DNA from: Candidatus Omnitrophota bacterium
GTDB lineage: Bacteria > Omnitrophota > Gorgyraeia > Gygaellales > Profunditerraquicolaceae
NCBI GenBank assembly: GCA_028715785.1
Contig: JAQURC010000007.1
Location: 22,884-86,883, forward strand
Reading direction: 5' to 3'
DNA length: 64,000 bases
The position numbers and the translations under genes were made by a program. This document shows positions 18,725-30,519 of this stretch, one piece after another (the first letter of the stretch is position 1; every line of letters begins with the position of its first letter). The notes under the pieces were generated by a model, which saw nothing but the letters and a program-made list of their open reading frames with translations, was not told the DNA's origin and ran no database searches.

Positions 18725-19162
18725 TTATACGTCCATCAATTTCTCGGCAATCTCTTCAAAAGACTGGCGGCTGTTGGCGTAAAAATCATGCCAGGAACCT
18801 TTTGCCCAAATCTCGATGCGGTTGGAAACTCCGACGATCATTACATCCCTTTTGATTGCGGCAAAATCTTTCAGGTATTGCGGCACCAAAATCCTGCCCT
18901 GCTTATCCGGGCTAGTCTCCACAGCTCCGCTAAAAAGCAGCCGGTTAAAAATACGCGACTGCTGTTTGGTAAAAGACATGGTCTTAAATTTATTTTCCTG
19001 GGAACGCCATTCTTCTTCGGTAAACATAAAAAGGCATTTATCCAAACCGCGGGTGATAAAGAATTTTTCCACGAATTGGTTTTTGGCAGCTTCACGGAAC
19101 TTGGCAGGCAATATCAGGCGGCCTTTACGGTCTATAGAATGCTCGAACTCGCCGTAGAACAT
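18725..19162 (-). CDS. mraZ: transcriptional regulator MraZ
   Basis: 145 aa with duplicated MraZ/SpoVT-AbrB domains (two DxxxR-like repeats). First gene of the dcw cluster. Confidence 0.9.
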   Translation of the reverse strand: MFYGEFEHSIDRKGRLILPAKFREAAKNQFVEKFFITRGLDKCLFMFTEEEWRSQENKFKTMSFTKQQSRIFNRLLFSGAVETSPDKQGRILVPQYLKDFAAIKRDVMIVGVSNRIEIWAKGSWHDFYANSRQSFEEIAEKLMDV

Positions 19163-19174
19163 TTTTTCTTCCCT

Positions 19175-19199
19175 TCCACTTTACTCCACTTTTATCCAC
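19175..19199 (-). promoter_or_regulatory. MraZ box: three direct GTGGA repeats at 10-bp spacing in the mraZ leader
   Basis: The minus strand reads GTGGATAAAAGTGGAGTAAAGTGGAAGGG between the -10 and the mraZ start. This matches the known MraZ operator architecture of GTGG[A/G/T] repeats with one helical turn of spacing. Confidence 0.7.
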
Positions 19200-19209
19200 T
19201 AACAACCAA

Positions 19210-19238
19210 AGTATAGACAAAATCCTCCCTTTTGTCAA
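19210..19238 (-). promoter_or_regulatory. sigma70-type promoter of the dcw operon (TTGACA-17-TATACT)
   Basis: The minus strand reads TTGACAaaagggaggattttgtcTATACT, with the -35 at about 19233-19238 and the -10 at about 19210-19215. The MraZ box lies immediately downstream. Confidence 0.65.
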
Positions 19239-19301
19239 GAAAAAATTTTCCTAAATTCAGCAAATACAATCAATTGGGGATAAAACGGGCCTGGTGCCCA
19301 G

Positions 19302-20225
19302 CTATTGTGGTTTTTTGCGCGGCTGCCGCAGGGCCTGGCGGCAGGAAATTATATCTTTTTGGATTTGCGATGATAACTCTCCCAAAGAAGCGAATTTTTT
19401 ATCCGGCCGTATCAATTTAACAAATTGGATCTCAAGCGTCCGGCCATAAATATTTTTATGGAAACCAAATATGTGCACCTCGACGTGGATAGATTTATTT
19501 TTAGAATCAATTGTCGGCCTTCTGCCGATATAACAGATACCATCATAGCGCTTGGCGGAAAATACGATCTCAACCGCGTAAATGCCGGCTGAAGGAATGA
19601 CTTCATGATGCGGATTAATATTGGCGGTAGGAAAACCTAAAATACGGGCAAGCCGGCTGCCTTTAATTACCGAACCCAGGATGCTTACCCTGCGGCCAAG
19701 CAGCTCTTCTGCCTCTTCGATCTTTGCGCTCTTGATTAATTTTCTTATGACGGTGCTGCTGATCGAGGCCCCCTTTGATTTCAGGACGTTGAAAATTTTA
19801 AGCTTAAAATTATATTTTCTTGCCGCGTCCCTAAGCAAACTATAATCGCCGCTAGCTTTGTTGCCGAAACGGAAATTCTTTCCCACGCAGACAAACCTGG
19901 CGCCGATTTTTTTAACCAGTATTTCAGCTACAAAATCATCGGCGGTTACCTTCGCAAAGTTGCGGCTGAAATTTACCACTATACATACGTCAATACCCAG
20001 CTCGGCAATTAACCTTAAACGGTGCTCCAAAGAATAAAGGCTGGGCTCCTTCTGCGGATGCGGGGAAAAAGTCAAAACAATACTTGTCCCTTTGTCCCTG
20101 CGCGCTATCCTTACAGCCGCTTGTAAAATATTACGATGGCCGCGATGCACTCCGTCAAAAACGCCTAAAGCCACCGCCGGCCGGGCGTATTTTTTGATTT
20201 TATCTATTCCGCGGATTATAATCAT
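19302..20225 (-). CDS. ribF: bifunctional riboflavin kinase / FMN adenylyltransferase
   Basis: 307 aa with a FAD-synthetase N-domain (LGVFDGVHRGH) and a riboflavin kinase C-domain. Confidence 0.9.
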   Translation of the reverse strand: MIIIRGIDKIKKYARPAVALGVFDGVHRGHRNILQAAVRIARRDKGTSIVLTFSPHPQKEPSLYSLEHRLRLIAELGIDVCIVVNFSRNFAKVTADDFVAEILVKKIGARFVCVGKNFRFGNKASGDYSLLRDAARKYNFKLKIFNVLKSKGASISSTVIRKLIKSAKIEEAEELLGRRVSILGSVIKGSRLARILGFPTANINPHHEVIPSAGIYAVEIVFSAKRYDGICYIGRRPTIDSKNKSIHVEVHIFGFHKNIYGRTLEIQFVKLIRPDKKFASLGELSSQIQKDIISCRQALRQPRKKPQ

Positions 20226-20232
20226 TGAAAAA

Positions 20233-21204
20233 TCATCTTAAGGATTGCCGGATCCTGGCGATAACTTTTTTGGCAATTTTTTTGATATCGCCGGTTAAAG
20301 TGCATCCGGCGGCATTCTTATGCCCCCCTCCATCAAAAGAGGCGGCAATCTCATTTACGTCAACTTTTCCCTGACTCCTTAAATTAACGCGCACCTCATT
20401 ATTTTCTCCGAGGTTTTCTTTAAACAATGCCACAACCTCTACCCCCTTAATTGCCCGGCCAAAACTCAAAGCCAGATCCGCTAAATCAACAGAGGGTTTG
20501 CCGTCCTTAAACAGTTCTTTTTTAATCTGAAATCCGACGACCCTGCCCTGGCAATGGAATTCTATTTTTGGAAGGAGTTTGAGCAGTAATTTTACATCGG
20601 CAGGCGGAATATTCTCATAGGTAGCCCGATAAATTTGGGCGGCATCTATACCGAACTTCAAGAGTTCGGAAGCAGCCTTAAACGTATAGCTGGAAGTGTT
20701 TGAGTAGTGGAAAGAGCCGGTATCGGTCATTATCCCGGTATATAAAGCCACCGCCGCATCCTTATCCATCGGCAGGCGCAATTTTTTATATATTTTATAA
20801 ACCATCTCCGAACATGAAGACGCCCCTGAGTCAACCCAGTTTAGGTCGCCGAAATTACGGTTGCTGATGTGGTGATCGATATTTAATACCGGTTTCTTAT
20901 CCTTATTCAATTTATAAACATCTCCGGTGCGTTTTAGGTCCGCGCAGTCTAATACCGCCAAACAATCAAAATCAACATTCTTAGAGCTCTTATTCAACAG
21001 GCGGATAAGTTTACTGCCCGGCAGAAAATCATAGCCGTAGGGTAATTTATCCTCATTGATGATTGCCCCTCTCTTGCCCAGTTTCTTGATCAGGCTATAA
21101 AATCCTAGCTCTGCGCCCAAGGCATCGCCTTCAGGGCTGGTGTGGACGGTAATCAGGAAACTATTATATTTCTTTATGCTTGCGCAAACTTCATTCAGGC
21201 TCAT
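20233..21204 (-). CDS. nrnA: DHH/DHHA1 family phosphoesterase (NrnA-like oligoribonuclease/pAp phosphatase)
   Basis: 323 aa with a DHH motif (NIDHHISN) and a DHHA1 GGGH motif near the C-terminus. Confidence 0.8.
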   Translation of the reverse strand: MSLNEVCASIKKYNSFLITVHTSPEGDALGAELGFYSLIKKLGKRGAIINEDKLPYGYDFLPGSKLIRLLNKSSKNVDFDCLAVLDCADLKRTGDVYKLNKDKKPVLNIDHHISNRNFGDLNWVDSGASSCSEMVYKIYKKLRLPMDKDAAVALYTGIMTDTGSFHYSNTSSYTFKAASELLKFGIDAAQIYRATYENIPPADVKLLLKLLPKIEFHCQGRVVGFQIKKELFKDGKPSVDLADLALSFGRAIKGVEVVALFKENLGENNEVRVNLRSQGKVDVNEIAASFDGGGHKNAAGCTLTGDIKKIAKKVIARIRQSLR

Positions 21205-21581
21205 TGCGCATCCCCCTTATGCTTGCCTTTGGTTTCTTCAGCAGAAGGCTTCTTTATCTCATTCAGTATTTCTTCAATCCGCACGCTATATTCAGTAGAG
21301 CGGTCTTCTTTAAACATAAGCTCGGTAGCAAAACGCATATTGATCCTCTGTGCGACCAGGCTGCGGATAAACCCAAGGGCCGAATCTAAAGCCAGCTTGG
21401 TCTTTTTATGCGCATCTTCTTTGCCTAAAACACTGTAAAAAATCTCAGCGTTCCTTAAATCCTTCGATAACTTTACCCGGGTTATGGTAACAAAACCGAC
21501 CCTGGGATCTTTAAGCTCATCATGGATAATCGTGCTTACCTCTTTTTTTATCGCTTCTTCAACTCGTTCATACCTAGGCAT
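21201..21581 (-). CDS. rbfA: ribosome-binding factor A
   Basis: 126 aa with a KH-like RbfA signature (RVGFVTITRVKLSKDLRNAEIFYSV). Confidence 0.88.
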   Translation of the reverse strand: MPRYERVEEAIKKEVSTIIHDELKDPRVGFVTITRVKLSKDLRNAEIFYSVLGKEDAHKKTKLALDSALGFIRSLVAQRINMRFATELMFKEDRSTEYSVRIEEILNEIKKPSAEETKGKHKGDAQ

Positions 21582-21597
21582 TGGATCAGCTCCATTT

Positions 21598-22878
21598 CTA
21601 ATGTTGAGTTTTTATTAATCTCTTAATCAAGGCTAATTCTTGGCGGCGGGTTTTTACCCGGCCGTTGAGCTTGGCCGCTAAAACCTGGGCGAAGATCCTT
21701 TGATATCTTGGGCCGGGCAAAATACCCAAGCCGTGCAGATCATGTCCGGAGACATAAAGCCGCATCCCATTATAAATTTCAAGAAAATCCGTGATATATT
21801 CCTTAAGATATTTGTTTTGGCATCCGGCAGAACGCAGCAAAACAATCTCTTCGTAACTTAATGGTTCAAGCAGAGAAAAAATACGGGAAGGCCGGATCCC
21901 TTTTTTGCTCAATAAAGGAATAAGCTTATGGCTCTCCTGGCAATAGCTAATGATCCGTTTCTCTTCGCCTTTGCGCAGCCCCAGCTTGCCGGTAACCAGC
22001 TTGAGCTGGGCCAAACTAAGGGGTTTTAAAAGCGCCGTAAAATAGATCAGCCAGGCATCAAGCTGCCTGCGCGCAGAATAGTTTTTCGCAAACCAGCAAA
22101 TCTCTTTGTCTATGGCTTTAAACAAATCCTGCGTGGATTTGCCAAACTTCAATTTATCGCTCAAGAAAGACAAGCCGCCTAAATCGCCAAGCCTCTTGAT
22201 TTGCTTTAGCGGATCTTTTTCCTTAAGCATTAAGATCAGGTCATCGCGCGTCCTGTGCGCGTGGGCCTTATTTAACAGGCCGGCTCCGACCGCCTCCTTA
22301 AGCAGCGCCAGGGTCTTAGGTTCGATCTTAAAATCAAAGCGCTGCTCAAAACGGACAGCCCTTAAGATGCGCGTCGGGTCGTCTTTAAAACTTAAATCGT
22401 GTAAGATGCGTATCCTTCCGGATGTTAAATCATCTTTTCCGCCGAAAGGATCGATCAACTCTTGTTTATCCCCCTCGGCAATGCTTACCGCCATGGCATT
22501 AATGGTAAAGTCCCGGCGCATAAGGTCTTCTTTTAAAGACCCTGAACTTACCACCGGAAGGCAGGCGCAAGAGGGGTATTTCTCTTTACGCGTGGTAGCA
22601 ATGTCGACTTTCAGGCAATTATCCAAAGTTAAAGTAGCGGTCCCAAACCGCTCATGGATCCTTATCCCTGATTTTAATTTTTTAGCCAGCTTCTGGGCAA
22701 AAATAATGCCGCTGCCTTCGACAGCAATATCTAAATCAAAGTTGGCCACTCCCAAAATTAAATCCCTTAGAAATCCGCCAACCAGGTAAGCCGGCATTGC
22801 GGTTTCTTCGGAGACCTCTGCGGCAAGGCCAATAATCCTTTTTAATTCCTGCGGTAATTTTTCCAGGTATTTTTTCAT
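21598..22878 (-). CDS. cca: CCA-adding enzyme / poly(A) polymerase family nucleotidyltransferase
   Basis: 426 aa with a pol-beta-like head (YLVGGFLRDLILG...DLDIAV) and an HD-less class II body. The adjacent tRNA-Pro gene lacks an encoded CCA. Confidence 0.8.
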   Translation of the reverse strand: MKKYLEKLPQELKRIIGLAAEVSEETAMPAYLVGGFLRDLILGVANFDLDIAVEGSGIIFAQKLAKKLKSGIRIHERFGTATLTLDNCLKVDIATTRKEKYPSCACLPVVSSGSLKEDLMRRDFTINAMAVSIAEGDKQELIDPFGGKDDLTSGRIRILHDLSFKDDPTRILRAVRFEQRFDFKIEPKTLALLKEAVGAGLLNKAHAHRTRDDLILMLKEKDPLKQIKRLGDLGGLSFLSDKLKFGKSTQDLFKAIDKEICWFAKNYSARRQLDAWLIYFTALLKPLSLAQLKLVTGKLGLRKGEEKRIISYCQESHKLIPLLSKKGIRPSRIFSLLEPLSYEEIVLLRSAGCQNKYLKEYITDFLEIYNGMRLYVSGHDLHGLGILPGPRYQRIFAQVLAAKLNGRVKTRRQELALIKRLIKTQH

Positions 22879-22881
22879 CTT

Positions 22882-23769
22882 TTATGGCCGCGGATGAAAC
22901 TGTTTATGAACAGTCTTGAGCCGCTCTTTATCAATGTGCGTATAGATCTGCGTTGTCGAAATATTCGAATGCCCGAGCATCTCCTGCACCGAACGCAGGT
23001 CAGCGCCCCTCTCCAATAAATGCGTGGCAAAAGAATGCCTTAAGGTGTGCACCTTGATCGGTTTTTTAATTTTTGCCTCTTTGGCGTAGCGCTTAATCAA
23101 TTTCCAGACAGATTGCCGGGACAACCTGGCCCCGGAACGGCTGATAAAGAGGCATTCTGAGGTTTTTTTCTTTAAAAAATACGGCCGGCTAAACTCTAAA
23201 TACCGCTTAATGCTCTGGATTGCCTTTTTGCCCAGGGGTATGATCCTCTCCTTGTTTCCTTTTCCGATACAACGCAGGAACCCGATATCCAGATTCACAT
23301 TATTAGTTTTAAGATCCGTAGATTCGGATACCCGCATCCCTGTGGCATAAAGAGTCTCCAGGATCGCCTTGTCCCTGGCCCCCTGACGGTCGCGCGCTTG
23401 CGGCTGGCCGATCAACGCCTCTACTTCATTTAAAGAAAGCGTATCCGGGACCTTCTTCCATAATTTTGGCGAATCGATTAAAACAGTCGGGTCGCTTTTG
23501 ATGACCCTTTCCCTGCTTAAGAAACGATGGAACATCCGGATTGCCGCCAGCCGGCGGGAAATGCTGGTTGGCGATATCCCGTTATCTTTTTCAAAAAGCA
23601 TGAATTCAACAATATCGTTTTTATTTATTCTGGAAAGCGCCTCTATCTTGCGCTTAATCATAAAATCCAGATACATATTTAAGTCCTGGCGGTAAGCTGC
23701 GATTGTATTTTTTGCCAAAGCCCGCTCAACCGAAAGATAATCCAGGAACGAATCGATAAGTTCTTTCAT
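22882..23769 (-). CDS. tyrosine site-specific recombinase XerC/XerD
   Basis: 295 aa with an N-terminal SAM-like domain and a catalytic R...HxxR...Y domain (HTLRHSFATHLL...IYTH). Confidence 0.85.
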   Translation of the reverse strand: MKELIDSFLDYLSVERALAKNTIAAYRQDLNMYLDFMIKRKIEALSRINKNDIVEFMLFEKDNGISPTSISRRLAAIRMFHRFLSRERVIKSDPTVLIDSPKLWKKVPDTLSLNEVEALIGQPQARDRQGARDKAILETLYATGMRVSESTDLKTNNVNLDIGFLRCIGKGNKERIIPLGKKAIQSIKRYLEFSRPYFLKKKTSECLFISRSGARLSRQSVWKLIKRYAKEAKIKKPIKVHTLRHSFATHLLERGADLRSVQEMLGHSNISTTQIYTHIDKERLKTVHKQFHPRP

Positions 23770-24385
23770 CAGCCCCCAAAGAGATTGTTATTCTTTTCCC
23801 TGCCGATGGTAGTTAACGGCCCATGGCCGGGATAAACCATGGTTTCAGAAGGCAAAACAAATAATCTTTCTTTGATTGCCTTTTCTAACTGGCTGCGGCT
23901 GCCGCCGGCTAAATCATAACGGCCTATGCCATGATTGAATAATGTGTCGCCGGTAAAAACAATACCTGCCTGCGGTTTCTTCAACAAAAGCCCGATACCT
24001 CCCGGAGTATGCCCAGGCAAATGTATAACCTCCAGCTCCAGGCAATCCAATTTGATAATCTCTTTATCCTCCAAAGTTTTAATTTCGGATTTGACTTTAT
24101 AAGCCGATGAAAAGCTGGAAGAAAGATTTTTGTCCGCCTCCTGAAGCATCGGTAAATCCAGCTTATGCGCGTAAACCGTTACACCAAACTCATCGTCGCA
24201 GCCGATATGGTCGTAATGGCCATGAGTATTAATCACCATCGCCGGCCTAAGCTTATATTTCTTTAAGGCCGAATTTATCTTGGATGCCTGATCGCCGGGA
24301 TCGATGATTACCGCTTCCCCGGCTGAAGCGCAAGCCAGTATATAACAATTAACCTGCATCGGCCCGACATTAACGGTTTCAAGGA

Positions 24386-24389
<4 letters not shown>
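23769..24389 (-). CDS. MBL-fold metallo-hydrolase (GloB-like)
   Basis: 206 aa with an HxHxDH motif (NTHGHYDHIG). Confidence 0.8.
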
Positions 24390-27161
<2,772 letters not shown>

Positions 27162-27173
27162 AAAAAATTAATG

Positions 27174-27247
27174 TCGGGGCGGTGCGACTTGAACGCACGA
27201 CCTCTTGCTCCCGAAGCAAGCGCTCTACCAAACTGAGCCACGCCCCG
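27174..27247 (-). tRNA. tRNA-Pro (anticodon CGG); 3' CCA not encoded
   Basis: The reverse complement reads CGGGGCGUGGCUCAGUUUGGUAGAGCGCUUGCUUCGGGAGCAAGAGGUCGUGCGUUCAAGUCGCACCGCCCCGA. It has a 7-bp acceptor stem, D and T arms, a UUCGGGA anticodon loop and discriminator A. Confidence 0.9.
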
Positions 27248-27344
27248 TATTAGTTCAACAAGTATACCAGAAATCCAGAGTATGCGCAATAATAGAACTC
27301 TGCGCGAGTCCAAGGCTCGCCACCCGCTAACAACATGCATAAAT

Positions 27345-27559
27345 GGCACTGACAAGTTTCGCAGCGAATGTCGATTTTAGCAAAAGCAGCTTGAGCAGTG
27401 AAGGTATCCCCGTGGAGCGGTTAGCGACAAAACGGGGACGGCGAGGATGTTTGAGTGGTTTTTGCAAGAGCAAAAACCACGAGTTCCGCAGCCGCTGAAC
27501 TGCGAAAGACCTTTTGCGTTAAAAAATCGACTTGAGCGAGAAGCTTGGCAGGGCCATTT
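27345..27559. ncRNA. Unclassified structured RNA, copy 2 (paralog of 2218-2432)
   Basis: About 70% identical to copy 1. Every helix is kept by compensatory changes: GCAAAAG/CUUUUGC replaces GCCAAUG/CAUUGGC, GCAGU/ACUGC replaces GUAUUC/GAAUAC, CCCCGU/ACGGGG replaces CCCGGUG/CACCGGG, and the 11-bp hairpin GUGGUUUUUGC-AAGA-GCAAAAACCAC replaces GGCCGUCUCCGC-UAGA-GCGGGACGGCC. Single-stranded blocks (UUCGCAGCGAAUGUCGAUUUUAGC, AGCGACAA, GAGUUC, GCAGCC, CGAAAGA, GCGUUAAAAAAUC) are conserved. Confidence 0.65.
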
Positions 27560-27616
27560 GTAACATGCGGCGAAAAATTTCAGCGACGGAAGTAAAAGAC
27601 GGAAAGCTTAAGTTAG

Positions 27617-28192
27617 CTAGGAAGGATTCTTTTTGGCGAGGATATCGAATTCCACGTTCAATTTATCTGAGTGACCTTTAAAATTTAAAGTCGTATTCTT
27701 AAGGGTGTGAGGAATAATACAAACATTAATGATATTTGCGCGCGCATTGGCTAAAGTTAAACTGATTCCATCCAGGGCAATTGATCCTTTAGGCAGACAG
27801 TAGCGCATAAAAGCCGCGGGAATCGAGATCTCAAATTCAAAGCTGCCATTACGCACACTTTTCCTGCGCACCAGCCCCAGGCAATCAATATGTCCGCTGA
27901 CAAAATGCCCGCTGACCCGGTCTCCCACCTTAAGGCTGCGCTCAAGATTTACTCCCTGCCCGATCTTTAATAATCCCAGGTTGGTATTTTTGCGCGTAGT
28001 ATCGACAACTTCAAAACTAACCGAATTACTCCCTATAGAAACTACAGTAAGGCATACGCCGTTAACCGCGATGCTATCGCCGATCTTAGTGCCGGCCAAA
28101 ACTTCTTTAGCAATAATCTCAAGAACAGCTATTCCCGCATGGCGAGCTATTTTTTTTACCTGCCCCAGCTCTTCGACAATACCGGTAAACAT
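27617..28192 (-). CDS. ribE: riboflavin synthase alpha subunit
   Basis: Canonical MFTGIVEELG start, internally duplicated lumazine-binding domains. The ORF track's longer start at 28213 would overlap ribD by 20 nt, so the internal ATG at 28192 is preferred. Confidence 0.88.
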   Translation of the reverse strand: MFTGIVEELGQVKKIARHAGIAVLEIIAKEVLAGTKIGDSIAVNGVCLTVVSIGSNSVSFEVVDTTRKNTNLGLLKIGQGVNLERSLKVGDRVSGHFVSGHIDCLGLVRRKSVRNGSFEFEISIPAAFMRYCLPKGSIALDGISLTLANARANIINVCIIPHTLKNTTLNFKGHSDKLNVEFDILAKKNPS

Positions 28193-28193
28193 T

Positions 28194-29288
28194 TTAGCCA
28201 ACCCTTGCCTCAATTAAAAATTCTTCATCAAAACGCCTGATCTTTAAATCGTGTAATTTTATTGCCTGGCTTACATGCTTAACCCCGGCGCCCATTACCG
28301 ATGAAACAGCGTCTTTGCCTCCGATGATCTTCGGGCTGATAAAAAATAAAACCTTATCTACCAGCTTTTCATCAAAGAGCGAGCCGATCAGCGTCCCTCC
28401 GCCTTCGACGATAATATTGCTGATTTGCAATTGCGCCAGTTTCTTAAGCGCATCGCGTAAATTAATCTGCCCGCTTTTCTCCTTAACCTCAAGGATTCTG
28501 GCTTTTGCCGCCAGGTGCTTGCGGTTTTCGGTCTCCTGGCCCGGACGGCTGGGCAAAGTAATAATGATCACCTGGGCATCCCCTGAAAAAATATCGGAAT
28601 TTTCAGGAGTGCTTAAATTACTATCGATAATTATTTTGATTAATTTTTTTGGGGAAAACCAGCTGTTCAGGCGCGGGTTATCCCTTAAAACGGTATTGAC
28701 CCCCACCATAATGGCGTCATAATCCTGGCGTAATTTATGCGCAAAACTCCGCGACTTATCGGAAGTAATCCATTTGGAGTCCCCGGTGCGCGTGGCGATA
28801 CGGCCATCCAAGGACTGGCCGACTTTTACCGTGACAAACGGGATCCTGGTGGTAATATATTTTATAAAACTTTCATTGATTTTTTTTAGTTGATCCTCTA
28901 AAAACCCCGCTCTTACTTTAATATTACGCTGCTTAAGCAACATAAGGCCGCGGCCATTATTCAAAGGGTTGGGATCGATCATCCCGACAACCACCTCTTT
29001 TATGCCGCTTTCAATTATCCGGTTAACGCAAGGCGCGGTCCTGCCGGTATGGGCGCAGGGCTCAAGAGTAACATAGAGAGTTGCCCCCTTTGCTTTATTT
29101 CCCGCTTTATCCAAAGCAATAATCTCCGCATGCGCCAGCCCGGCTTTAGCATGAAAACCCCGGCCGACAATCCTGCCTGCTTTAACCACCAATGAGCCGA
29201 CCAAAGGATTAGGGGAAGTTTTTCCTTTTGCTTTAAGCGCCAACTTTAAAGCTAACCCCATATAATATTCATCCGTACGCTTAATCAT
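28194..29288 (-). CDS. ribD: bifunctional diaminohydroxyphosphoribosylaminopyrimidine deaminase / 5-amino-6-(5-phosphoribosylamino)uracil reductase
   Basis: 364 aa with a CMP/dCMP-type zinc-binding deaminase motif (HAE...PCAHTG) and a C-terminal RibD reductase domain. Confidence 0.9.
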   Translation of the reverse strand: MIKRTDEYYMGLALKLALKAKGKTSPNPLVGSLVVKAGRIVGRGFHAKAGLAHAEIIALDKAGNKAKGATLYVTLEPCAHTGRTAPCVNRIIESGIKEVVVGMIDPNPLNNGRGLMLLKQRNIKVRAGFLEDQLKKINESFIKYITTRIPFVTVKVGQSLDGRIATRTGDSKWITSDKSRSFAHKLRQDYDAIMVGVNTVLRDNPRLNSWFSPKKLIKIIIDSNLSTPENSDIFSGDAQVIIITLPSRPGQETENRKHLAAKARILEVKEKSGQINLRDALKKLAQLQISNIIVEGGGTLIGSLFDEKLVDKVLFFISPKIIGGKDAVSSVMGAGVKHVSQAIKLHDLKIRRFDEEFLIEARVG

Positions 29289-30099
29289 TTTTTAGCCCGC
29301 GAAGTTTTTCCACCAGTTCAATTGGTATTTTAATCATGCCCAACTTTATATCCGGCTTCGCGCTGCCGTGAAAATCGCTGCCTCCGGTAACCGCAAGGTT
29401 GAGTTTCCTGGCCAGCTCTAAATAAAAATTAATCATCGATTGGGAATGTTCGGGATAATAAATCTCTATCCCCTGCAATCCATAACCCGCAAATTCGGTA
29501 ATCAAGGCATCATTACGCAGTAAATAAGGATGCGCCAAAACAGCCACCCCGCCGGCATCTTTAATCATTTTTATCGCATCCGGCACGGAAAGGTAAAAAC
29601 CCAAAACATAGGCAGGAGATCTGTCTCCTATATATTTGCGAAATGCCTCTGGGATATTGGCAACATGGCCCTCCTTGACCAATGCCCGGGCAATATGCAT
29701 CCGGCCCACCGTGGACTCTCCGGAAATGCCAAAAACGGTCTGGGCATCAAGATCAACTCCCAACCCCTCTAAATTTTTTACGATTTTATGCACCCGTTCA
29801 ATGCGGTTTTGCCGCAATGAAACTAATTTTTTTAGCAGCGCCTTATTTTGATAATCCAGGAAATACCCGAGCATATGCAACTCCTGGCCTTCATGCTGGC
29901 AGGTCAGCTCAATCCCGGGAATAATTTCCAGATCTTTACCTTCCGCTTCGGCTGTTGCCGCAGGAATTGCATCCAGGGTGTCATGGTCAACTATGGCAAT
30001 CGCCGAAAGCTTGCGCTTGATACTTTCCTTGACTAATTGCGCAGGCCCGTAGGTGCCGTCGCTGGCCAAAGTATGCACGTGCAGATCAGCGTATTTCAT
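29281..30099 (-). CDS. PHP-domain phosphoesterase (TrpH/YciV-like) encoded inside the rib operon
   Basis: 272 aa with PHP metal-binding motifs (DLHVHTLASDG, AIVDHD, GGSDFHG). Overlaps the nusB stop and the ribD start. Confidence 0.8.
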   Translation of the reverse strand: MKYADLHVHTLASDGTYGPAQLVKESIKRKLSAIAIVDHDTLDAIPAATAEAEGKDLEIIPGIELTCQHEGQELHMLGYFLDYQNKALLKKLVSLRQNRIERVHKIVKNLEGLGVDLDAQTVFGISGESTVGRMHIARALVKEGHVANIPEAFRKYIGDRSPAYVLGFYLSVPDAIKMIKDAGGVAVLAHPYLLRNDALITEFAGYGLQGIEIYYPEHSQSMINFYLELARKLNLAVTGGSDFHGSAKPDIKLGMIKIPIELVEKLRGLKND

Positions 30100-30512
30100 T
30101 TTTCTTTCTCGATTTTTACCTGGTCCAATATGGCATTGACAAATTTTCCGGATTCAAGGCCGGAATATTTCTTGGCCAGTTCCACCGCTTCATTGATCGC
30201 AACTTTAGGCGGGATATCCTGCCGGAAAAGAAGTTCAAAACAACCCAGGCGCATAATATTGCGGTCCACAAATGCCATACGCTCAAGCTGCCAGTTGGCC
30301 GCGTATTTGCTGATCTTTTTATCGATCTCCTGCATGTGGTTGACTACCCCGCCAAGCAGCTGTGCGGAAAAATCCTTAAGTTCGCCGGGTACGTCTTTAC
30401 GCTCATTACCCTGCCAGAAATTTTCCAAAGTTTCCTGCCAATTACCGCGGGTAATCTCCACCTGATAAAGCATTTGCAATACATATTCACGCGCTTTAGT
30501 CCGTTTTCTCAT
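30096..30512 (-). CDS. nusB: transcription antitermination factor NusB
   Basis: 138 aa NusB fold, downstream of ribH as in many rib operons. Confidence 0.88.
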   Translation of the reverse strand: MRKRTKAREYVLQMLYQVEITRGNWQETLENFWQGNERKDVPGELKDFSAQLLGGVVNHMQEIDKKISKYAANWQLERMAFVDRNIMRLGCFELLFRQDIPPKVAINEAVELAKKYSGLESGKFVNAILDQVKIEKEK

Positions 30513-30519
30513 CAGATTA

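Noticed and set aside
22106-22789. 227-aa plus-strand ORF
   Set aside because: It lies wholly inside the minus-strand cca gene, has low complexity (S, K, R and L rich) and is a shadow ORF. The same applies to other plus-strand ORFs nested in minus-strand genes, for example 1042-1419, 11256-11816, 39028-39609 and 41305-41700.
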